From NCBI RefSeq assembly GCF_000002075.1, contig NW_004797447.1, forward strand, positions 646,005 to 710,004: a stretch of 64,000 nucleotides of DNA, written 5' to 3'. Source of the DNA: Aplysia californica (lineage: Eukaryota). The notes beneath the pieces were generated by a model, which was not told the origin of the DNA, searched no databases, and saw only the letters and a list, made by a program, of their open reading frames with translations. Positions 52,901 through 63,166 of this stretch are shown piece after piece. Positions within the stretch are counted from its first letter, which is position 1. Each line of letters begins with the position of its first letter. The position numbers were made by a program, and so were the translations under genes.

Positions 52901-55900
52901 GTAGTAAGAATGTAAAGATGGGACAAATTTGCAAGAAAAAAAAAATGATTACGCTTCTCACCTGGGGGTCTGTTCATACCCTGAAAAAGACCAAAATCAA
53001 ACAGATATCAATAACATATGCGCTATATAACTAAATATATACTAAATATATATTTGTATGGTACAAAGTATTCAGCTTATAATGTGATCCCAACTGTAAC
53101 TTCCACTTTCTAAAGTCCCGAGTTCCATAAGCCCTATAATATTCTTTCTCTTTAAAAGGTCAAGGCTGTACAGTGCAAAATGCATTTTTTGCTACATCAT
53201 TCACATTTCTAGGAATTTTAGAGAGTGAAATTTCTTTTAAAGTACATTGAACATTGCGAGAATAAGTTGTTGTCAGTGGACAATTGCACAAACTTACCCT
53301 TTTAAGAAAAAGAAATGTTACCACTTGGTGGAATCAAGTACTCGTCAATTTTTCCACATGTGGGGTTATTGGTATCATCTTAACACTTTGCCCCCTCAGG
53401 ACACTGATGGCGACGGTAAGAAGATGTCCTTTTCTCTCACAGGATGGCGATCGGCGACAGTGTGATATTGCAACAAAAACGTTGTAGCAATGATCTCCTT
53501 TTTGACATGCGCACTTGTTATAATTTCCTTTCTGAATGGTTTGTGTGGCCTTTGAACTAAAAAAATTAGTTTGTTTACAACAATTGTAGTAATTTTTTCA
53601 AAATTATTATGTAGACCTGGCATGAGTGCTGCTCAACACTTACAGCATAATGAGAATTTGGGTGATGAGTGTGCTAAATCTAATGTCTTCAGTTCCGATT
53701 CTAATTCCTTTTTTGGTGAACATGTGGTCATCACGTTCAACTTTCTCAATATGCTGAAAATTGCAAATTGATGGGTTTATTTTTGCCGAGACACAGGTGT
53801 AGTCATCTGCATCCTGGTCCGTGGGGACAGGTGATGTGCCCACTGTGTGAGTGGAAAGTGTTACAGCTTGTTCATTTGGCTTGTATTCAATTTTAAAAAA
53901 TACCCATCTATCTTGAATAGAAGTCGAGATATTTGCAAGTGAAGAAGATGAGTGTTGCATGGTTTCAGGGGTAAAATTAGTGAGAAAATATCTGCAAAGT
54001 TTTCTGACTTCCAAAGATTCAAAGTCGACAGAAACTGCAAATTTACATTTTTTGTGCCTTTAATCAACATTTTCAGCTAAATCCACACATAAATGTGTTC
54101 CTAAATGGACATAAAAGGTGCTGAGCCTAAAAAAGAACTTTTTTTTTTAATTGCCCAAAAACAATATAAATACAGATTTCTTGGATTTCATCATTTTGAC
54201 AAGCGCCTGATTTCACCACATTGCCTCACAAATGTTTTGATACAGCAAGGGTCCCAGAGTACAGATGTGTTCACTCTAGTAACAGAGCTAGGTACACACA
54301 AACACAGCAGTTACATGTAAGGACTTTAGTTTTGGTAAGAGTTTTACAGCACTTGCAACACAATAAAGTCATATTATAAGTGCCGAAAATTAAAGGTGTT
54401 ACAAGACGGACACAAAAAACGGGAGAAAAGGAAAATGAATGTTTGACAGGGATGAAGGAGCAAACCACATTAGAGTACCCACCAACCACACACATGCTAG
54501 GACAAGAGGATACATTCAAATAGGACAGAAAAAAAATAGAGGAAACATGTATGCCCAGACATCAAAACCTAAAACATCAAGGGATCATCAAACCGTACAA
54601 GGAAGAATGGGGACAGAGGTGGGGAGGGGGGTGTTTATCCATACAAAAATTTCCAACAAAGTATCTTCAGGTGAAAAACCCCCCACATAAAATATAAAAT
54701 ATATCCATTTATATAATGCTTGTCCATGCTCTGCAGCATGTTCTATGCACTCTACAACTATCATTATCTCAGTAGCCCCAGTCTGTGAAATCATAAAATC
54801 CTACTTTGATAGCTTTTTCAAATGCAAAATGAGGCTTTCAGCTTACAACAAGGTTTTTCAAAAAGCATACAGTAAAAACAACTGACAAAGCATTCAAACA
54901 CTAACAAACTGACAAGATCTTTCACAGTTTAAAGCCAGGTACCCATTCTCACTTGGGTTAGGTGAGGAAAATACATGTAAAGTGCCCTTCCCAAACACAA
55001 AACATTAAGTTCCCGACAGGATTCCAACTCATGATCTTCTGATTATGAGCCAGACAACCTAATCTCTAGACCCTGATGCTTGATGTGTATTCTTTCCCAA
55101 ATAGACTTGAATATACATTTACTTTACAGAAAATAGCCATCAAAACACAGTGACATACTAGGCCTAGGAAAGAGATGTCAGTGTTAAAGTTAAAGTAACT
55201 TTCAAAGGACGACATTTGTGTCACAACGTGGTGGACTCAGGGGCTTGTCCATTTTTGGGCATGTTGAGTTATTGGCATCATCTGAAAGCTTATTCATTTG
55301 CCTTGCTTTCAATGAATAAAATATCCATCTTGCATAAATAAAGGTTGAAATATTCGCAATTGAAGAAGCCTGGTTTCAGTAGTTAAATTAGAGAGAAAAT
55401 GGAAACCAAAGTTAGGTAACTTCAATAGCTGAAGAGTCCTTCAAAACTGAAAATTACATATTTTGTGCCTTTAAACAAGGTTTTACAATAAAATTCCCAT
55501 GGAAATGTGCTTTCTTAAGAACAAAAAAGGTGTTTAGCTAAACAACAAAATTTTGATAAAAATTGCCAAACTGATGGAAAAATGCCCTTTTCTTCGATTT
55601 CAATATTTTGACAAGCGCCTGATTTTATCACGATGCCTCACATATAGCTTATAACTATTTTCTAAAAACTTGAAAGAAACAAATTTAAGTGTACACTACT
55701 TGGATAAGAGAAAAAAAGAACAATGGCACACCACTTCATAGTCTGTGGAGGGTCTCCGGTACTTATCCGTCAGCACAGGGTACAGCTCACTGGCATGCCC
55801 TTCAGTCTCATCAGCAACTGCAGTAAACAGAATATAACAGAAAGAAAGTAGGAAAAGTACACATTTTAATAAAAAAAGTTTGCGTGCATGCGCACATGCG

Positions 55901-58900
55901 CACATGCACACATGCACCCACACATGCACCCACCCATGCACGCACGCATGCATGCACACATGTGCGTGCTCATTCACGCATGCGCGCGCGCACACACACT
56001 CACACACAAACAAACACAAACACACACACATACAAACACAAGCACACACAAACACACACACAAATGCTTATGTGAAGCGTGCTGAAAAAATGAGTTACTT
56101 CTCCGATTCGAGCGTTATGGAAATAGCACATTGCGCTTATAGGTGAGGTTTTTACATTTCATAAGAATGAAATAATAAAAGGCATGTTATACTTAACCCT
56201 ATCCGTACGTTGTGTTTTACTATCATATCCATATGATGTGGCGAACTCTGTGCCACCATTTTCCAAAGAGAAAATTTACTCTTCAATCCGATCCGTACGC
56301 TTTGCATAGCATCTGTTAAAATGATTTTTTTGAGAAATACTGAAAGTTTCAAAGAGATCTTCGCACTTGAAGTATTCTAAAATGTGAACAATACAACCCC
56401 GGGGGTACAAAATGACCCCAGGGCGTACGGATAGGGTTAAAGAAGATGGCATCAATAGAAAACCAACAAAGTTGACCCTAGTGTTGATTTTGGCCAATTT
56501 CTCCATTTGGGGATTGCGAGAAGTAACTCATTTTGTCAGCACGCCTGATGATGATGGACAAAATGGAACAGATCAAATAATATATCCAAACAAAGAAAAA
56601 AAATATTAACTGTAACTAATGCCATTTTCCTCGTATTTTTCAAATGCTTTCACCCTCTTGGACACAATGCCAGATAATTTATGAGGAAAGATTCTTCGAC
56701 TCTGCCAGAACACACCAAGGTTGAGTAGGATACATTTCCCCAGCAGCAAGGAAGAAATACTCTATGAATTAGAATTTAATATACAGGAATCACACCTTCT
56801 TCGTTCAACAAGGATGAACCTAGCCTTTACACCATAGACATCGGACATGGGTGCTACTGGGCAGTTTTGGGACTGTTGAGGATAAGAAATGCTGTCCAGA
56901 TGCTGTAACTATTGAATTAATCAAGTGACAATAATGACCTGTCACTTTTGGCACATTAACATAGTTGCTGAGATGGAAAGTATAGCATCAATGGACATAC
57001 TAGACAAAAGTGAAGCAGAACCATTAACTGAAATAAAAACTCATCCACCACACATACAATACACACAACAAACTGCAACGGAACAATAAGATACAGTCAA
57101 ACCTGTCTTGGCGGCCACCTCTATAAGTCGGCCACCGGTACAAACAGCCACTTTCCATTTCCCCCCTTGCGTTTTAATCTATATAATTTCATTGAGTATA
57201 AAGGGCACCTGTCCAACGCGGCCGTGGCCACCCTATTTTAACACACAACCCCTATCGTACCAAACAATAACACCTGTCTTAGACGGCCACTTTAGTGACT
57301 CCATTACGTTTTGTCATAAATTATGCATCAGCCCCTGGTGTTGTGGCGTCATAATCCAATCACCTGTCATTGTTGTTAGGTAGTCCCTCCAACCGACTGT
57401 TGACCAATAGGTAACAAATTTTCAGCTGCTCGCGAGGTAAGCGTGTGATCCCTCATAACCCATAAGCCCGCCCAGAACTCATACACAAATCGTAAGTGAG
57501 ATGAGTGGTCACTGTTTACCTAGTCTGTAACAAAGTAACAATGGACGTCAACATGAACTTGCAACAGAAACGTTGCTCGTTCTCAAGGTGTTTACGATCT
57601 ATGTGTTTGTTCTAACATGGCACTTAGTTTTACTCGTTTTATTGTCTCCCTTGCACAAAATCAGTAACAAAATACAACAACAACACGGCTACCTTCGGTT
57701 GGGACCTCAGATGGGAATGGTTTGTTTTCTTCATCTTGATCAGTCCTGTCTAAGACGGCCACCTGTGTTACACAGCCACTTTTTTCCATAACAATGGGTG
57801 GCCGTCTTACACAGGTTCGACTGTAAATGCATTACCTACAACAGTTCCACATTGCTCACCTTTCTTTAGTACATGAATTATAGTATTCACAGAAGGTCTA
57901 TATGTGGAATCAGGTTTTGTGCAGTCCAATATCAAATTCCAGGTCTCTTTCTCAAAGCATCTCTCTTGTGAAAGAGCAATCTCTTTGCAACATATCTGAA
58001 AACATAAAAAGACAGGAAAAAAAATTTTTAAACACACATAAACGCCCTCATTGCGAAAAAAAAACTTGAGAAACAATTAAGACCTTGTGGGGGGTTTTTT
58101 TCTCATCTGCGATCCTTGTCAACCTTGAAAAAAACAAAGTTAAAAAATCGAGGTGCACACTGCGACGATTAGCAATAGTATGTCGATTGTCTGAATTGAT
58201 GTGGCTTTGAAAAACTGTTGAACATGTGCAGTCCCGTATTAATGCAAATATACTATTGTAACCCAAATTTCCTCTGAGGACCCAGGGTTCCTCGGTTTAA
58301 TTGTCCTCCAAAAGGAAGAGCTAAAAGTTATACCTCAGCTCGGCGGCCGAGTTCCTTTGCATCAATACACCCGGCAAGTGATCGTTCTACCTTGTGATTT
58401 CCAGTGCATTCTCTATGTGCATGTTTGAGTTGAGTTTGAGAAAAAAGAAGCATATCAGCAAAGTAACAGCCAAAGTGTCTGTTAAAAAGCAATACTGACC
58501 GATAGATTCAACAGACGAATAGTAAAAAAAAAAAACCCAAAAAACAGAGGTAGCCTCAAACCCTCTGTGAAATGCATGATTTCACCAACATAAAGGCTAC
58601 AATGAGGCAAAAAAATAAAAAAAGAAAAGCCAAGTACAGATATGGCTCACATATGACAGGTTAACATTACAGTTCACTTTTTTTTTTAAAAAGCACAATG
58701 AAAAAGAGCTGTCGTTCAATGCTGGATGAAAAGTAGCAAAAACGGGCAGAAACAACAAAGAGAAAAAAAAGAAGTCAGACTTACAAGCGCTGCCTTCCAA
58801 CCATCCTTAGAATTAAGGAAAATATAGATACCTAGATCTAGGTCTACTCCTCATATTTTTTATGTTATAAAAATGTACTTTCGGTGGGATTTTTTCAGTC

Positions 58901-61900
58901 ACATTCAAAGAGCCAAAAATATTTTCCGAAATTTAAAATATAGGAGTATTACAAAAATTTATGGAATAAATGTGGTAAAGATAACTTGTGAAATTAAAAT
59001 TATTATAAAGAGGGGAAGGAAATGTATCATTACATCAACCAAAAAATGAAGCCAAGCCAGTAGCTCAATTTTTACATTTCTAAGAATTTTTTTGAAAAAC
59101 TCTGAAACTGGCCAGTCTTGGGAGACCATTGAGAAACCAGACTGGCCAGGGCTCAGTGAGTTAACGCCATCCTTCAGCACATATTTCACACATGCCAGAT
59201 GCACAGAATACACAGAAAACTCAAAGAAACACAAAACACCAGTCATAAAAACTAACAGCACATTCAGAGGGGGAACTGAACTCCTTTACCTTCTTCACCA
59301 GACCCTGAATGTCCGTCTCGTGCCCGTAAGGTAAAAGTCCATGAGTGAGAACCTCATATATCAAATGTCCCAGCATCCAACAGTCACTGGCCTGACTATA
59401 CTCACTGCTACTCAACGACTCTAGAGCACTCCAGCGGGTTGGAATTCCGGTATTATTGTGGCCTGTGGCAAAGAAAGACAAAGCAGCATAATATCTGTAA
59501 ATGTAAAGAAACATATAGCTTGCTCATTTATTTCTCCACACAAGATTTCCATTCCTTTGTTGAGACATGTTGGTTTCTTACAGCTGATAAAGCCAACACA
59601 ATATGCAACAGTACAATCTTACTTAAGACTATCATAACAAAATTAAAGTATGGAAAATATTCCTATTTTTCATTACAAAAGAAAACAAAAATATCATTCT
59701 CAATCAATAGAATTTTGTTTCTGAACAGGCTAAATGAGCTGTAAAAAAATGTTTCAAAAGTAGAATACACTCCTCAACATTTTCAAGTTAAAAGTGACAT
59801 TTGTTGGAGGCTAATTGCCCAACTTACTTTATCAAATAAGTAGACAAGTTTCAAGTCAAAATAAAAGCAAAAGAACTGAATCAGAAAAAGTACACAGAGT
59901 GGGTCTTCATACTGAAAAAAGGGTCTGTTTTGCAAAGGACATAATAATAACATATCAACAACAGATCATAAACAGGCACGGAAAGAGTGAACTAAATTGT
60001 AACTATAGTAACAAAACAGTGCAGTACTTAGAGCCTTGAGTCGCCTTAATAAACCAGGAGAAAATTTTTGAAAGTACTAAGCTGAAAGGTAAAGTAAACA
60101 TGTGAAGGTGAGCTCGGCTTTGCTTTGCATTTCTTATCCATGAAAAGATATCAGCTCCTTTTTTAGTCAAGTTCATTTCGTGTTTAACTAACTGGAGACT
60201 GGGCCTTTTTCGGGTCTACATACGCTGAAGACTGGCGTTCTTTGGGGTATTTCAATATTTCAAACAACACCCTTCCCAAAGACATACAACCACCATTTTT
60301 ACACACATAACAGATCTAAACACGCCCAATATGACACAAAAAAACAGAAAGGCAATACCTTTTATAGTTTTTTAGAAATGACTTTTTGAAAATGTGCTAA
60401 AATTTGTTGCTTGTCAACATTTTTTGACGTAATGTCTTATGTTTAAAAAAAACAAAACAAAAAAACCCCCCAAAATTCATCTTACGTTTGTCTTTTATTG
60501 TTTTGTGTTTCAAAATGAATTAAAAGTCCATGAACAGGCAGGTAATCGATATGGTAATCCTTAGGCTATGTATTAGCTGTCTAATCCACTTCAGTATGAA
60601 AAACACAGGGCTCCAGACAAAGAGGAATTTTGCATTTGAAAGCCTAGTCTAGATCTAGAACATTCACTATCAGAATCAGTGCTTTGATGCTCATTTACAT
60701 TGCAAATCAGGATGTCCATGGTCTAAAATATCATAATCAGAATTTTCTGAACTGTCAAAGTCGTGCAAACACTTGAAAAATGTTGGCTTCTCGTGCTACC
60801 AAGTGGGTGGTTGGCGGGTGCTCTGGTAAGGTTTGCTCCTACTTTCCTATCAAAGATCTATCGTCCTGATCTCTCCTCCTTCTTTTTTTGTGTTTGTTAC
60901 TCTCTTGTAACACCTAATCTTAAACCTTATGGTGTTGCAAGTCCCGTAAAACTTACTAAAACTAAACGTGCTACCATTGTACTGACAAAGGGTTGCAAGA
61001 ACAGACATGTCAGAGAAACAAATGTAGGGCCTCAGTGTGACTAACTTTCCTTCCAGGTCAATAGCTCAAAAAGTTTCCAGCCAATTCCAGTGAAACTTCG
61101 CACAAAATGAAACATAGGTCTGCTGCACGGTAAGAGATGGTTCACGCAGCCTTTGCACGCATACTTTGCCAAGGACAAAATGCGAAACTTGTGCTCGCAG
61201 GGGGTGCGTGAACCGCCTCTCGGGGAAATACTGGTGCTCGCAAATGCTGCATGAACCATCTCCAGCGAGTCAATGACTTTGGTCTCATTATGCAAAAAGA
61301 CAAAGCCCATAACCAGTGAGTTAAACAAAACAAGAGCTAGCACATTCCAGCTATCACTCACTGATGTATTTGCCAGATGAGGTCTCCTGACACAGCTGAA
61401 ACCCACAAAGCTTCACATGCTCCCCACTCAAGCACAGACTGGCTGCAGTCAAATTGCAGTGAACAAAATTTTTGGAGTGACAATAGGCCACGGCAGAGCA
61501 ACCTTCAATAAGATACTGGAATAAACGTGGTCTCGGGAAGAAAGATTTATCCAAGCTGTGTTTCACCAGAGCAGTCTGAGGGGAAAACACGATTCCAGCA
61601 TCAACAACAATGGGTTTCATATCTAAAGACATAATTCAGGAACATGAAACTCCATCAATTTGAGCTAAAAGTCAATGGGAGAAAAAGCTGAGCTAAAATT
61701 ATTTATATCAAAATTAAGATAAAAAGAAATCAGTCATAGGCATTTCCAATTAGATGCTCCGAAAATTTGAACAAATGCTGCATCCAGTGAGATAAAAAAT
61801 AAGAATAATGTTCTTTTATATATTCTTGAAACTCAACACACGCAAACACAAGTCAATACATACATATTGAGACAATGAGACAACACTGCTAGGTGAAGGG

Positions 61901-63166
61901 AGAGAAGGACTAGTAAAGGGGCCACCTTTTTAAGACAATCAGGCGTTTTGACTTCTTGAGAGAGGAAGCAGAGGTTGAACGATCTGAAAAGATTGAACCA
62001 CTTGGCGGAGCTCATGCGTATGCTTAAAACAATCTGGGTAAGTGCACATGCACTGTGCACAGTTCATCATCTGCTAGTCCATGCCATCCTCAATCCCTTT
62101 TCCCCTACTCAACTCTCCACACTTTCTTTCATTATCTATGACCACATTTGAACAGGTACAGCACCTAATAACTTCTTCTAGATCAGTATATCAAGAAGCC
62201 CTTGTGCTTGAAAGTCAGTTTTTGCCATTTGAAATAAGTGAAAGGAAGTGGGGGAGTTGCTAGGAGAATGTCTTTGCTTCCTCACCACCTTGTTCAATCC
62301 TTCCCTCCTCATAAATGCATTTTAATGGGATTCTAAAGCACTATTCCGGTCTTAAAAAGGACAAAATATCGTGAACAAGGTAAAATAAAGCAAAACACTT
62401 GGAAATGTTTACTGCCCTAAACTTTTCGGCGGATTTTCATTTTTAGAACAGGTTCTCAGGAATGCAAATTGCAAATAAAAAATTGTTGTTACTAGATAAA
62501 AGTGTGCTCTTAGGTGGATCCGGTTCTAACGCAGCACGTTCATAGAAGGAGATCACTGTATATGCTTACTAACGTACGAAAACATTGGAAGAAATATATA
62601 TCGGAAACAGATGTTAACATCACCACTGACAAGCATACACTGATACATACATCTGTCTATCACACATGAGCACTCAATAATCCTTGCACTCAAACACATC
62701 TGCCACACATTCAAACATGATACTACCTTAGCATGCAAACCAACACATCTGAGTGAAACACACACACATGCAAACAGATTACCTGACCAATATACCTGAA
62801 ACACACACACATGCAAACAGATTACCTGACCAATATACCTGAAACACACACACATGCAAACAGATTACCTGCAGATTCATGCGCCTGTAATCCTCGCACA
62901 CGTAGAGCTGTAGCACACTATTCTCCTGGAACACAAACATCTGAATGATGTTGCTGTGCTGCAACTGTTTCAGCCGCTGCAGCTCTGTCAGGGGAAAGTT
63001 ATGATAAGTCTTGGGGCTCTGTCCATTCTCCTGTCGAGGAAACGTCTCAGGCAGTTGGTTCACATGAATCAGGACCCGGGTGTTGTCAAATTTGCCTGAC
63101 GTTATGGACCACGCACCTTGTAATTTACTGTCCTGATGTGGCTGGAAAACAAATTGGACAACATTC
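39118..63166 (-). CDS. 5'-partial multi-exon gene: tandem double tyrosine-kinase-like pseudokinase with C-terminal ESDV (13 exons, about 601 aa in window)
   Basis: Exons 63166-62869, 61575-61362, 59462-59290, 57995-57860, 55817-55732, 52980-52962, 49164-49088, 47505-47368, 46345-46142, 45071-44968, 42068-41945, 41140-40980, 39190-39118. All introns are GT-AG, phases match, no internal stops, and kinase subdomain motifs occur in order twice. Confidence 0.85.
39239..39675 (+). mobile_element. MITE family M1, complete copy flanked by TA
   Basis: ta-tgtgaggcattgtggtggaatcaggctctcgtcaa...ttgacgagagcctgattccaccacgctgcctcaca-ta. Confidence 0.92.
40980..41140 (-). CDS. Pseudokinase gene exon: domain 2 subdomain XI
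   Basis: ctttctcag|ACT...CAG CA|gtgagt; LQDLIKQCDSFTSRDRPTAEVIV. Confidence 0.88.
41945..42068 (-). CDS. Pseudokinase gene exon: domain 2 subdomains VIII-IX
   Basis: tatatcag|G GCT GCC CCT GAG...GAC AGG|gtaa; AAPEVKRGGLFSPASDVYCFGIFM. Absent from the ORF track. Confidence 0.9.
42095..42535 (-). mobile_element. MITE family M1, inverted diverged copy
   Basis: TIR remnants tgtgaggcaacatggttaaatcaggc / ttgacaagcgcctgattccac; interior is reverse-complementary to M1. Confidence 0.8.
44968..45071 (-). CDS. Pseudokinase gene exon: domain 2 subdomain VII and activation segment
   Basis: ttctcacag|GTG TAT...GAC AG|gtatcc; VYFTSLTHLNYSRSYTEGNIPEDKNVPEDSEVSD; phase 0 to 2. Confidence 0.8.
46142..46345 (-). 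CDS. Pseudokinase gene exon: domain 2 subdomain VI
   Basis: cttttcag|GAA...GTC AAG|gtgagt; LLVKLHTLSWVIGDLCPGNTYV. Confidence 0.88.
47168..47340. repeat. Degenerate minisatellite (gctaatgggtacatta units)
   Basis: Several imperfect tandem copies. Confidence 0.7.
47368..47505 (-). CDS. Pseudokinase gene exon: diverged domain 2 N-lobe
   Basis: gtccccag|GAA...CAT GTG|gtgagt; 46 open codons, phase 0-0. Confidence 0.8.
47963..48224. mobile_element. TTAA-flanked MITE (piggyBac-type ends)
   Basis: ttaa-ctctttacctccg ... cggagataaagag-ttaa. Confidence 0.8.
49088..49164 (-). CDS. Pseudokinase gene exon
   Basis: aatccag|AT TTC...ACT TTG|gtaaga; DFYIPTVVPIKKDIVSVSDRISRCTL. Confidence 0.75.
50005..51320 (-). 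mobile_element. Longer or composite M1-family element (about 1.3 kb, contains a gap)
   Basis: M1-like TIRs tgtgaggcatcgttgtgaaaccagaagctcgtcaa / tgacgagagcctgattccaccacg with extra internal sequence. Confidence 0.65.
51408..52352 (+). mobile_element. 5'-truncated RNase H-containing non-LTR retrotransposon (I-group-like) with 14-bp TSD
   Basis: Frame open from 51408 to 52268: IYTDGS, NYEAE, IFTDGKS, LQWIPGHSNIPGNDRAD (RNase H) and CPLC...H...C knuckle; (aaagt)n tail; TSD ttcattcgtagaag at 51394-51407 and 52353-52366. Confidence 0.93.
52512..52586. mobile_element. Very short TTAA-flanked element (piggyBac-type ends)
   Basis: ttaa-cccctt...aaggg-ttaa, about 75 bp. Confidence 0.45.
52962..52980 (-). 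CDS. Pseudokinase gene: 19-nt microexon (GMNRPP)
   Basis: ggtctttttcag|GGTATGAACAGACCCCCAG|gtgaga; supplies the phase 0 to 1 change needed between the flanking exons. Confidence 0.75.
53322..54230 (+). mobile_element. MITE family M1 copy interrupted by a nested element
   Basis: M1 sequence stops at catcttaa (53383), resumes at agcttgttcatt (53865) and runs to cctcaca. Confidence 0.8.
53384..53860. mobile_element. Nested piggyBac-type MITE inserted at the M1 TTAA site
   Basis: ttaa-cactttgccccctca ... tgagtggaaagtg-ttac (one TSD mismatch); the empty site in the 8705 copy reads catcttaaagcttg. Confidence 0.75.
54930..55080 (-). mobile_element. tRNA-headed CORE/V-type SINE fragment
   Basis: caggtacccatt...gtaaagtgcccttcccaa...ggattccaactc...cctaatctctagacc follows the reverse-strand pattern of CORE/V-SINEs; superfamily uncertain. 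Confidence 0.55.
55215..55641 (+). mobile_element. MITE family M1, diverged copy
   Basis: cgtggtggactcaggggcttgtcc ... ttgacaagcgcctgattttatcacgatgcctcaca. Confidence 0.8.
55732..55817 (-). CDS. Pseudokinase gene exon: inter-domain linker
   Basis: ctgtttactgcag|TT GCT...GAA GTG|gtgtgc; ADETEGHASELYPVLTDKYRRPSTDYEV; phase 1 to 0. The donor could lie 3 nt earlier. Confidence 0.75.
56197..56436. mobile_element. piggyBac-type MITE, 240 bp
   Basis: Perfect ttaa-ccctatccgtacg ... cgtacggataggg-ttaa. Confidence 0.9.
57094..57823. mobile_element. Tc1/mariner (pogo/Tigger-like) non-autonomous element, 730 bp
   Basis: ta-cagtcaaacctgtcttggcggccacc ... ggtggccgtcttacacaggttcgactg-ta; internal repeats of cctgtctaagacggccac. 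Confidence 0.85.
57860..57995 (-). CDS. Pseudokinase gene exon: domain 1 subdomain XI
   Basis: tttcag|ATA...AAA G|gtgagc; WNLILDCTKPDSTYRPSV. An alternative in-frame donor would end the exon at 57836. Confidence 0.88.
59290..59462 (-). CDS. Pseudokinase gene exon: domain 1 subdomains VIII-IX
   Basis: ctttgccacag|GC CAC...AAG AAG|gtaaag; IPTRWSALES, ASDCWMLGHLIYEVLTHGLLPY (tyrosine-kinase-type). Confidence 0.92.
61362..61575 (-). CDS. Pseudokinase gene exon: domain 1 subdomains VIa-VII
   Basis: cctcag|ACT...ATC A|gtgagt; AVAYCHSKNFVHCNLTAASLCL, VKLCGFQL. Confidence 0.92.
62755..62871. repeat. 43-bp tandem repeat (2.7 copies) that includes the exon's splice donor
   Basis: Unit gaaacacacacacatgcaaacagattacctgaccaatatacct. 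Confidence 0.9.
62869..63166 (-). CDS. Pseudokinase gene exon: domain 1 N-lobe
   Basis: atctag|G AAT...CTG CAG|gtaatc; GAWSITSGKFDNTRVLIH, ELQRLKQLQHSNIIQM, LYVCED. Confidence 0.9.

Noticed and set aside
56796-56902. Extra pseudokinase exon (HLDSISYPQQSQNCP...)
   Set aside because: Its open frame is phase 0 to 2 while the flanking junction is phase 1; in the required frame it hits TAG, and the gene splices cleanly without it.
59463-59494. Upstream alternative acceptor extending the IPTRW exon
   Set aside because: Phase-incompatible with the donor at 61362; the acceptor at 59463 fits.
39118-63166. Calling the minus-strand gene JAK
   Set aside because: A JAK needs an active C-terminal kinase (HRDLAARN, DFG), which is absent, and FERM/SH2 domains are not visible in the window.
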